Below, one piece after another: positions 11,097-20,060 of a stretch of 32,000 nucleotides of DNA. Within the stretch, counting starts at the first letter, position 1. Every line of letters starts with the position of its first letter. The notes under the pieces were generated by a model. It was not told the DNA's origin and did not search any database. It saw nothing but the letters and a program-made list of their open reading frames with translations. Both the position numbers and the translations under genes were made by a program. Origin of the DNA: Mesoplasma florum L1 (GTDB lineage: Bacteria; Bacillota_I; Bacilli_A; Mycoplasmatales; Mycoplasmataceae); contig NC_006055.1 of the NCBI RefSeq assembly GCF_000008305.1, positions 600,001-632,000 on the forward strand, written 5' to 3'.

Positions 11097-12818
11097 TTAT
11101 TTAGTTGCTAAGAATGCATCAACTAATTCAATAACTTCAGGAGTATCATCTGAAGATAATGCTTTGTTAGCTAATTCTTCTGCTTCAGCCATAGTAATTT
11201 TACTCATTAAAGCTCTTGCTCTTAACATTGAAGTTGCACTCATTGAAAATGCATCTAATCCCATTCCTAAAAGTAATGGTAAAGCTTGAATATCTCCAGC
11301 CATTTCTCCACACATACCAACTCATTTATTATTTTTGTGTGCACCTTTAATTGTTAAATCAATTAATTTTAATATTGCTGGATTTAAAGGTTGGTAAAGA
11401 TATGAAACATTTTCGCTCATACGGTCAGCAGCCATTGAATATTGAATTAAATCATTTGTTCCGATTGAGAAGAAATCAGCATATTTACTAAATTTATCTG
11501 CGTTAACAGCAGCGGCAGGAATTTCAACCATCATTCCAACTTGAACATTTTCGTCAAATGCAATATTTTCTTTTCTTAATTCTTCCTTACATTCTTCTAC
11601 GATTGCTTTAGCACGCTTGAATTCATCAACAGTTGCAATCATTGGGAACATAATTCCTAATTCACCATGAGCACTAGCTCTTAATAAAGCTCTTAATTGA
11701 TCTTTAAAAATATCTTTTCTGTCTAATGTAAAACGAACAGCTCTATATCCTAAGAATGGGTTCATTTCATGTGGGAATTCAAAGTATGATAATTTTTTAT
11801 CTCCACCGATATCTAATGTACGGATAACAACTAATTTACCTTTCATTGCATCCATAACTTGTTTGTAAGCTATATATTGTTCTTCTTCAGTTGGGAAGTG
11901 GTCATTGTCCATGTATAAGAATTCTGAACGGAATAATCCAATTCCTTCTCCACCATGTTCAATAACAGATTCAACATCAGTTGGAGAACCAATATTTGCT
12001 TCAATTAATTTTTCTTGTCCATCAGCTGTTTTTGAAGGTAAGTCTTTAAATTTTTGTAATTCAGCTTTTAAATCAGAAAATTCTTTTGCTAATTTTTCAT
12101 ATTCTGATTTAATTGTATCTGTTAAATCTAATTCAACAATACCTGTTGTTCCGTTTAATGCAAAAACTTCTCCATTTTTAACATCACTTGTTATTGTTCT
12201 TAAACCTAAAACTGCAGGAATTTCTAAACTTCTTGCCATAATAGCAGCATGAGAAGTTCTTCCACCAATATTAGTTGCAAAACCTTTAACAAATTGTTTA
12301 TTTAATTGAGCAGTTTGTGAAGGTGTTAAATCTTCAGCAACAATAATAACTTCTTCGCTTATTGTTGATAGGTCAACAATAGCAATTCCTAAAATGTGTT
12401 TAATAATTCTTGAAGCTACATCTTTAATGTCTGCACTTCTTTCTTTAAAATATGGATCATCCATTGAGGCAAACATTTCATAAAAGTTATTAGTTACTTG
12501 TTCTGCCGCAAACTCAGCACAAATTGATTCAGATTTAATAACATTTATAATTTCATCTTTAATAGCTGGGTCAGATGCAATTTCTTTATGTGCATCAAAA
12601 ATAGCTGCTTTTTCTGGACCTAATTTTTCAAGTGTAGTAGCTTTTAAATTCTCTAAATCTTCGATTGATTTATTAACTGCATTTTCTAATTTTGAAACTT
12701 CTGCTTCAATATCAGAAACTTTTGTTTTTTTAATTTCTATATGGTCTTCTGCTAGAACTAAAGCTTTTGCTACAGCAATACCTTCACTAGCTCCAATACC
12801 TTTAAATTGTTTACTCAT
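11097..12818 (-). CDS. ptsI: Phosphoenolpyruvate-protein phosphotransferase, PTS enzyme I (573 aa)
   Basis: Fragments 11322..12818 and 11097..11315 share a frame and are joined by a TGA. Active-site His region [19 protein letters not shown] and the C-terminal PEP-utiliser region [12 protein letters not shown]...CGEMAGD are present. SD AGGAG lies before the ATG at 12818. Confidence 0.95.
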
Positions 12819-12921
12819 ACTTTTTTCTCCTATGTAAGTTATTTCATAACATATATAATTATAATATTTAATTGCTATTTTTTATATTAAAAATATTAAA
12901 AAATGGAAAATATTATTATAT

Positions 12922-12952
12922 TAAAAATAAAAAATGATGGTAAACCATCATT
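12922..12952 (-). terminator. Rho-independent terminator closing the obg-nadE operon
   Basis: AATGATGG-TAAA-CCATCATT hairpin followed by TTTTATTTTT on the minus strand. It overlaps the TAA of the 46-aa ORF. Confidence 0.6.
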
Positions 12953-13091
12953 AAATTTCTTTGAAAACAACTGAGTCAACAGGAATATTATTGCCTACAC
13001 AAAAGTCGTAAAGCATTTGATCTAAAACTTGTTGATTGTCAGATTCGGCTGTAAATAAAATTTCAGCACCTCTCATAATTACTTTTTTCAT
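12951..13091 (-). CDS. Small hypothetical protein, 46 aa (MKKVIMRGAEILFTAESDNQQVLDQMLYDFCVGNNIPVDSVVFKEI)
   Basis: SD AAGGAG 7 nt before the ATG at 13091, placed directly after the nadE stop. Stop is TAA at 12953..12951, inside the terminator hairpin. Below the ORF-track size cutoff. No family recognised. Confidence 0.5.
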   Translation of the reverse strand: MKKVIMRGAEILFTAESDNQQVLDQMLYDFCVGNNIPVDSVVFKEI

Positions 13092-13109
13092 GTTAATTTC
13101 TCCTTGTAT

Positions 13110-13844
13110 TTATTTTCTTTTAAATTCTTTTGGTGCAACAGCACCATTTCTTTTATGTTCACTAATTTTATGTAAATGATCAACTCTTGATTTTACATTT
13201 TCATCATTAATTTCACCAGCTAAATAAGCATCTATTTGATCATAAGTAATACCTAACTCACTCTCATCAGTTTGGTCTTCTCATAAACTTGCTGTTGGTG
13301 CACGATTTATAATTGAAGTTGGTACGCCTAATATTCTCGCTGCTTCTCTAACTTCTCTTTTTAATAAATGTACTAATGGAACCATATCAACTCCACCATC
13401 ACCGAATTTAGTAAAGTAACCAATATGTCACTCATCAAGATTGTCAGTTCCCAGAACTAAATATGAATTTGTTTGAGCAACAGTATAAAGTGTTGTCATT
13501 CTTAAACGTGCTTTTGCATTTGCAATAGCCAATTTATGTTCAGGTGTTGTTGAATCTTTAATAGCTTTTTTAAAAGATAAAAAAGTTTCTTTTAATTCTA
13601 CATCAATTGCTTTAATACCACATTGATCAATCAACTCTTGTTTACATTTGTAATCTTCATCACTTGATTCAATCGGCATTCAAACAGCAGTGTAATCGTT
13701 AGGAAAGGCCTTTTTAGCTAAACAAGCAACAACTGCAGAATCAATTCCACCACTTATTCCAATAACTACACCTTTTGCATTAGCTTTTTTAACTGTTTCT
13801 TTAATAAATTCAACTAAATAATCTAAATATTCTTTTAATTCCAT
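13110..13844 (-). CDS. nadE: NH3-dependent NAD+ synthetase (244 aa)
   Basis: Start is ATG at 13844 with AGGAG upstream. PP-loop motif [10 protein letters not shown]. Fragment 13428..13679 is flanked on both sides by in-frame TGA. The C-terminal region reads ...[27 protein letters not shown]...; stop is TAA at 13112..13110. Confidence 0.9.
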
Positions 13845-13863
13845 AATATTACTCCTTTACAAA

Positions 13864-15162
13864 TTAATCCATTCACTCAAGTTCATATTCAAATACTTTT
13901 ACAATATCTCCAGCTCCAACTCCACGTTCTCTTAACATGTCATAAACACCAGATTTTTTAAGTTTTTCATTAAATAATAATAAGTTATCATCTGTTGTAA
14001 TTGGGAACTTTTGATAAATTTTGTAAATTGTATCTCCGGCAACTTCTCATCTACCATTACCTTTATTAATTATTTGAATATCTTCTTCGTCTTCTTCTAA
14101 TCTATAAACTTTGATACCTTCATAAATATCTTGTTCCATTTCTCATAGTGGAACATATTTAGCAGTTTCAAGTTCTTTTGCGATTTTTAATAATAATTCA
14201 TCAACATTATCTTTTAATAATCCTGATACAAAAACAACTTTTTTATCTTTGAAATATTTTTTTATGTCTTCTTCCATCATATTTAATTGTGCTTCATCTG
14301 TATCCATTTTATTAGCAACAATTATTTCTGGTCTTTCATCCAGTTTATAATTATATTTTACTAATTCACTTCTTATTAATTCATAGTTTTTGATTACATC
14401 TTCTTGACCATAATTTCCACTCATATCTAAAACATGGCATATAACTCTACATCTTTCAATATGTTTTAAAAATTGATGACCTAATCCTTTTCCTAAACTA
14501 GCTCCTTCAATTAAACCTGGTAAATCTGCAACAACAAATGTTGAACCATCTTTAGCTCTTGAAACTCCTAATTGAGGATTTAAAGTTGTAAAAGCATAGT
14601 CAGCAACTTCAGGTTTTGAATTTGAAATTGCTCTAAGTAAAGTTGATTTACCAGCATTGGGCAATCCAACAAAACCTACATCAGCTAAAACTTTTAATTC
14701 AGCTTTAACTTCATAAAATTGTCCTATTTCACCAGCTTCAAATATGGTTGGAGCTTTATTTCTTGAGTTTGCAAATCTTGCGTTCCCTTTTCCACCTTTT
14801 CCACCTTTAGCAACTAAGACTTGTTTTTTATCTTCATCCATGTCAGCTAAAATTGTTCCAGTTTTATTTTCTATAATCAATGTACCCACGGGAACTCGAA
14901 CGATAAGATCTTTACCTTGAGCACCATGCATATTTTTTATATCACCTTTAAATCCATCTTGTGCACTAAGTTGTTTTTGAAGTTTTAAATCTAAAAGAGA
15001 ATGTTTTCCACCATCAGCTTCAAATATTACACTTCCACCATTTCCACCATCTCCACCGTTTGGACCACCATTAGGTACGAAAAGCGCAGTATGAAAACTA
15101 ACTGCTCCATTCCCTCCATTACCGGCTTTAATAGTAAACTTAGCTGTATCAATAAATTTCAT
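13864..15162 (-). CDS. obg: GTPase Obg/CgtA (432 aa)
   Basis: N-terminal Gly-rich Obg fold (AGNGGNGAVSF...GGDGGNGG). G domain with GLPNAGKST, DLPGLIEGA and NKMD. The TGA at 14143 reads as Trp and adds a ~90-aa C-terminal Obg extension domain (...FNEKLKKSGVYDMLRERGVGAGDIVKVFEYELEW). Stop is TAA at 13866..13864. Confidence 0.95.
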
Positions 15163-15187
15163 ATTTTCCAGCTCCTTTCTTTCTACT

Positions 15188-15496
15188 TTATCAAATCATT
15201 TGATTTCAACATTCATCACATAAGAATGTTGGTTCTTGATTATCAAAATTAATATCCTCGAATTTTTGTCATTCTTGGATAGGTTTTTCAACTAATTTTT
15301 CAACTTCACTATCTGTTAGGTTTTTTCCTTGTTCTTTAATTAAACTCCCAATTGGTTTTGGATGATCTTTCAAAACAAAACTAATTTGTGGTTCATAGCA
15401 AAGAGAACATCCAATACCAAAAGCTTGTATCATTACATCATTAAAATCATTAAACTCGACATAATTATCTTTATTAAAGTTTATCTTATTGTTCAT
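15188..15496 (-). CDS. Hypothetical protein, 102 aa, with two Cys pairs (CSLC ... CDEC), possibly zinc-binding
   Basis: Fragment 15269..15496 extends across a TGA to TAA at 15190..15188. SD AGGAG lies before the ATG at 15496. It ends 25 nt before the obg ATG. The zinc-binding idea is inferred only from the CxxC x2 pattern. Confidence 0.6.
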
Positions 15497-16223
15497 AACC
15501 TTTAATCTCCTTTAATATTTCATGAGCTTTATCTTCATCAAAATTAAATCATTGTTTAATATAAGACATTTCTTTTTTTTCTTCTAACATTTCTATAGCA
15601 ATTAAAATAAATGCAGCAGCTTTTTCATTTAAGAATGAGTTATTAAATTTGTCTAAATTATTTAAATAAAAATTTATATTCAACATTTTAGCATCATGTG
15701 CTATTCCTGGGTTTTCATTTTCTATACTTTTAGAAATAACTTCATCTATTTCAGTTATAAATTTAAAATTATTTTCAAAATCTATTTCAATTGGATTTCA
15801 AGATTGTTGGACACCACTATATAAAACATCAAAACTTTTATTTATTTCTTGTTCTTTTAAAGTAAATAAGATCAAAGTTTTAATTGAGTTATCAATTTTT
15901 TCTAAAGTAAGTAATTCAGAAACGTCATTTAACTTATCTCTTAAATTAATTTTGTTTAAAAAATTAATACCAAATGCTTGTTGTTCTCTATCACTTGATT
16001 TAAGTAATTGCAAAATATATTCAGCATTTAAATTATTATTACTATTTGCTTTTTTTGAAATTTGCTCAAAAATCTGAGTTTTAAACTCCAAAAGTTGTTC
16101 TTCAATATCTGAAGGTACATATGGCATTGATAATTCTTGATTTATTTTTAATAAAGCAGTTTCAAAATCGTTTTTCAGAACAAGTTCTTTTAATTCGATA
16201 ATTAGTTCATCATAAAAATTCAT
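15486..16223 (-). CDS. Hypothetical protein, 245 aa, predicted helical (may belong to a Mollicutes-restricted DUF family; not verifiable here)
   Basis: Fragment 15798..16289 extends across the TGA at 15798 to TAA at 15488..15486, overlapping the next ORF by 11 nt. I chose the ATG at 16223 (MNFYDELIIELKEL) with SD AAAGAGG upstream. The track's GTG start at 16289 lies inside the tRNA-Arg gene and is rejected. Confidence 0.65.
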
Positions 16224-16238
16224 AAAACCTCTTTCTAT

Positions 16239-16267
16239 TAAAAAATCATGCCTTTTATAGCATGATT
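16239..16267 (-). terminator. Hairpin + T-run directly downstream of tRNA-Arg (terminator or processing signal)
   Basis: AATCATGC-8 nt-GCATGATT followed by TTTTTT on the minus strand. It lies 12 nt after the tRNA 3' end, and its T-run ends only ~16 nt before the next ATG. Confidence 0.5.
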
Positions 16268-16279
16268 GATGTTTTCGAG

Positions 16280-16356
16280 TGGTGCCCACGAGAAGGCTCG
16301 AACTTCCGACCTCACGCTTAGAAGGCGCGTGCTCTATCCAACTGAGCTACATGGGC
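16280..16356 (-). tRNA. tRNA-Arg (anticodon UCU), CCA encoded
   Basis: GCCCATGTAGCTCAGTTGGATAGAGCACGCGCCTTCTAAGCGTGAGGTCGGAAGTTCGAGCCTTCTCGTGGGCACCA folds by hand into a cloverleaf. Acceptor stem GCCCATG/CGTGGGC, D stem GCTC/GAGC, anticodon stem CGCGC/GCGTG with loop CT-TCT-AA, T stem GGAAG/CTTCT with loop TTCGAGC. It is a GC-rich island in AT-rich DNA. Confidence 0.95.
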
Positions 16357-16432
16357 AATTAATAATTACATATATAAATATATCATAAATATTAATCTAA
16401 TGAAAAATAATTTCATAAATTTTTATTATTAA

Positions 16433-16460
16433 ATAAAAAAACTACTGTAAATAAGTAGTT
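16433..16460 (-). terminator. Rho-independent terminator after the DEAD-box helicase gene
   Basis: AACTACT-7 nt-AGTAGTT hairpin followed by T7 on the minus strand, 16 nt after the TAA at 16476. Confidence 0.6.
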
Positions 16461-16475
16461 GTTTTATTTAAATTA

Positions 16476-18476
16476 TTATCATTTATTTTTTGGTTTTCTT
16501 GAAGAACTATTTGAAGAAGAATTTCTTCTGTTACGTGTTCCTGATCCCTTGTTTTCTCTTGGACCTGAATGAACTCATTCTCCACGACCAGAACTTCTTC
16601 TGTTTCTTCTTTCGTCTCTTTCATTATTTGAATTAAACCCGTCTTTTTTATTAAATGAATCTGGTCTTTTTTCTTTTCCTGTAACTCTTTCTCAACGGCC
16701 TGAATCTTGTTTAGAATAATCAGTTTTAACATCTCATGAAGAATGTCTAGTACCTTCAAATTTTTTATTATCTCTTTCTTGACCATCTGTTCTTCTGTCA
16801 TCACGACCACGGTTTGAGTTTCTTCTTTCATCACGACCACGGTTTGAATCTCTTCTGTCATCGCGACCACGACCTGAACTTCTTCTGTCATCACGGCCAC
16901 GGTTTGAACCACTTCTGTCTCCACGACCACGACCTGAACTTCTTCTGTCTCCTCGACCTGAATCTCTTCTGTCATTTCTTTCAAAAACATTTTGATTGCT
17001 ATCTTGATTTTCATTCACTGAATAATCATCAACTAAAGATAAAGCTTTTTTAGCAAATTCTTTTTCTTCTGGTGATAAAGATAGCATTCTTTCTTCTCAT
17101 GATTGAGAAGTTCAAGCGCTACTTCTGCTATCTAGTCTTTCACTTGTTCTTTTTCTTTCGCCATGAGCAAAGTCTCTTCTATCATTGTGTCCAGCATTTC
17201 TTCTGTCATCACGACCACGATTTGAATCTCTTCTTTCATTGCGACCTGAATCTCTTCTATCTCCACGATTTGAATCTCTTCTATCTCCACGACCTGAATC
17301 TCTTCTATCTCCACGTGAACTTCTATTTGAGTTCCCTCTTCCTTCTTGCTTGTCTACTTCACCATATTCAGAAATTTGCATTTCATCAATAATTAAATTA
17401 AAGTTTTTTTCTATTCCTTTTATTTGTCTTAAAACATTTTGATTTTGTACAAAAGTAATTGAATCACCTTTTGTATTATTTCTTCCTGTTCTACCAATTC
17501 TATGAACAAAATGTTCGTCTTCCATTGATACATCATAGTTAATTACGTAGTCAACACCTGTAATATCAATTCCACGAGCAACAACATCAGTTGCAACTAA
17601 AACTGATATTTCATTGTTTCTAAATTTTGCAATAGCTCTTGATCTTTGTGATTGTCTTTTATCACCATTAATAACTATAGCTCTAATTCCTGCTGCTTCT
17701 AAATTATCTGCAATTTTATCTGTATGATTTTTTGTGTTTGAAAACACTATAGCTCTTTTAGGTTTGTGTTTTTTAAATACTTTAACAATTAAATCTTCTT
17801 TGCTAAAACCTTTTGTGAAAATAAAAGTATTTGTAATATTAGCATTAACTTCTATTTGATTTTCAATTTCAATAACGTCATATTCATTCATATAATCATT
17901 AGCAATTTGCATTACTTTTGGTGATGTTGTAGCTGAAAATAAACCAATTTGAACATCTGGTGAAACTCTTTCAAATAAAGCATCAATTTCGTTTTTAAAT
18001 CCCATTTTTAGCATTTCATCAGCTTCATCTAAAATGATTGTTCTAACATCATCTAATTTTAAGGTTTTTCTATTTAAGTGGTCATTAACCCTTCCTGGAG
18101 TTCCCACAACTATTTGTGAGTCTTTCAGTCTTTTAATTTGATCTCGCATATCAGCTCCACCGATTAATGGTGCTATTACTAGATTTTCTATTCTTGATCC
18201 AAATATTCTAATTTGGTTAACAATTTGCATTGCTAATTCTCTTGTTGGTGCCATTATAACGGCTTGAACTCTTCTTTTGTTTGGTTCTATTTTTTCTAAG
18301 ATTGGTAATACAAATGATGCTGTTTTACCTGTACCAGTGCTTGATTTACCAAAAATGTTTTTTCCTTCTAGGAAAAGTGGTATTGCTCTAGCTTGAATTT
18401 CTGTAGCTTCGTTAAAATTAGCTTTTTCCAGTGCGACTAATACTTTGTCGCTTAATTGTAATTCTTTAAATGTCAT
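16476..18476 (-). CDS. DEAD-box ATP-dependent RNA helicase with a long Arg/Asp/Gly/Ser-rich repetitive C-terminal extension (666 aa)
   Basis: Core motifs: Q (FNEATEIQ), I (SSTGTGKT), Ia (PTRELA), II (DEAD), III (SAT), VI (HRIGRTGR). Track ORFs 17112..18476 and 16734..17087 are in the same frame. The connecting codons (17114..17085) and the stretch 16733..16476 contain only TGA; the first TAA is at 16478..16476 (walked codon by codon). SD AAGGA lies before the ATG at 18476. Confidence 0.85.
16791..16979 (-). repeat. Coding tandem repeat, 30-bp unit x ~6 (tcttctgtcatcacgaccacggtttgaRYY), encoding 10-aa units such as SNRGRDDRRx
   Basis: The period is visible directly in the 10-nt blocks of the sequence listing: units start at 16791, 16821, 16851, 16881 and 16911, with a shortened unit at 16941. 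It lies inside the helicase tail and is in frame. Confidence 0.85.
17223..17318 (-). repeat. Coding tandem repeat, 24-bp unit x 4 (tgaatctcttctatctccacgaYY), encoding 8-aa units (S/G)(R/N)GDRRDS
   Basis: Units at 17223, 17247, 17271 and 17295. Units 2-4 are near-identical. It lies inside the helicase tail and is in frame. Confidence 0.85.
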
Positions 18477-18540
18477 TTTCTATCCTTTTTCTATACTCAG
18501 GATCAAAAAATTAGCATTTTAAATCACAAGTCATTTATAT

Positions 18541-18549
18541 ATTATAGCA
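18541..18549 (-). promoter_or_regulatory. Putative extended -10 promoter element (TGCTATAAT) for the helicase gene
   Basis: The minus strand reads ...ACTGTGCTATAATATAT... about 65 nt upstream of the ATG at 18476 and downstream of the preceding terminator. Confidence 0.35.
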
Positions 18550-18585
18550 CAGTTGCTTGTAATTAAAGAAATTAAAATTTTTATT

Positions 18586-18610
18586 ATAAAAAGCAACCTA
18601 AAAGTTGCTT
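18586..18610 (-). terminator. Rho-independent terminator after the second GH32 gene
   Basis: AAGCAAC-6 nt-GTTGCTT hairpin followed by TTTTATAAT on the minus strand, 10 nt after the TAA at 18620. Confidence 0.55.
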
Positions 18611-18619
18611 AATTATTTA

Positions 18620-20059
18620 TTATTTTAATTTCATTTCTTTAATATCAGATAGTAACATTTCATGTTCTTTATTTAATTGAATTTTATTAAAGTTTTTTAC
18701 AAAAAATCTTGAAGTAAAAATTGTTTCATAATTATCCGCAAATATTTCAATTGATGATGAATCAATAAATATTTCAACTTTTTGATTTTTGAATTTTCTT
18801 AATGCTTTTCTTGGTGTTTCAAAATTTCAATCAACTTTTGCAGTTTGATTTGTTCTATCTAAAATTATTTCTTTATCAGTAAATTTTATTTCTATAAATT
18901 CATTTTTTTCGTTAAGAATTTTAATGTCTAAATTATCGCTTAAATCAAACTCTAAATGTATTGCTTTATTTACACTTAATTCTTTAAATGCTTTTTTAGT
19001 TGTTTTAGTTAAAACATTTTTTTTGAATTCTGAGTAAGGTTTTTGAACTAAAATTTCTTTTGATCAGCTTAGTTCTCTTGGTATTGTTAACATTGAGTGT
19101 CATGAGTATTCATCTGTTGGATATTGAACATCAACCGCACCTAATCAACCTATCATTAAAAGTTTTTTATCAACTCAATAAGTTTGCGGTGCATAAAAAT
19201 CATGTCCGAAATCCATTGTTTTTAAAATTGATTTTTCATTCAATTTATTGTTTTCAAAATCTAATTTATCTATTTGAGTATAAACAACATTTCTTGAGCT
19301 ATTTAGTTCATAAGGATTTTCTTCATTAAATCACCCTTCTGATGATTGCATAAATAGCATTTTTCCTTCTAGATAATCTAAATTAGGGCATTCTCACATG
19401 TATCCATAGGTTTGGTCTAATGATGGTTTTAGTATTCTATCAAAAGTATATTTTTCCATATCATCAGTTTTGTAGAAAACTAACCCACCAAGCATATCAG
19501 CTTTACACTGAGCACCAAAAATCATATATTTGTTATTTTCATATTCAAATATTTTTGGATCTCTTACGTGAGGTGTGAAAAGATTTTTATCGTGCTCTAC
19601 AACAACTCTTTTATTTACAATTTTTTCATCAATGAAGTCTGCTTTGATTTGCACTTCTTCAATCATTTCGCCATTTTCTTCAATATTACCTGTGTAGTAA
19701 ATTTTTACTCCGTCTTTTTCTTTAAATGCTGATCCAGAAAATGCTCCTGTTCTTTCGAATTCTTCTGTTGGTATTACTGATACACCTAAATCATCATAAT
19801 TAACAAAATCTTTAGTTTTAACTAAACGTCAATGTTTCATCCCATGATATGGTTGAAGTGGTGATCATTGATAATGAATATAATGTTCTCCATCTATATA
19901 AACTAATCCATTTGGATCATTCAATAATCCATTTGGAGGTGCTATATGATATGTTGGTCTATAATATTTATCACTTGCTACTAATTCATTTGCTTTTTTA
20001 ATATCATCTTGATTATGTTCTGTTATTAAATTTAATATTGTTTCTTTATTTAATTTCAT
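18620..20059 (-). CDS. GH32-family beta-fructofuranosidase / sucrose-6-phosphate hydrolase paralog (479 aa)
   Basis: Fragments 19865..20059 and 19394..19666 share a frame and are joined and extended across TGA. Catalytic motifs NDPNG (LLNDPNGLVY), RDP (HVRDPKIF) and EC (MWECPNLD) are present. Start is ATG at 20059, 1 nt after the upstream EIIBC stop; stop is TAA at 18622..18620. Confidence 0.85.
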
Positions 20060-20060
20060 G

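Noticed and set aside
16224-16289. The GTG start (MGTTRKHQSCYKRHDFLIERGF...) given by the track for ORF 15798..16289
   Set aside because: The first 10 nt lie inside the tRNA-Arg gene and the rest spans its terminator hairpin. An internal ATG at 16223 has a proper SD.
16791-17318. The 24-bp and 30-bp direct repeats as a possible CRISPR array
   Set aside because: The units are contiguous with no spacers, the period is a multiple of 3, and they lie in frame within a coding sequence. There are no cas genes in the window.
16442-17442. ORFs 16442..17014 (-), 17132..17314 (-), 16814..17053 (+), 17072..17392 (+) and 17185..17442 (+), as separate repeat proteins
   Set aside because: They are alternative-frame or antisense readings of the tandem-repeat DNA inside the helicase tail. 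Repeats keep several frames open by construction. Only the frame contiguous with the DEAD-box core has an SD and start.
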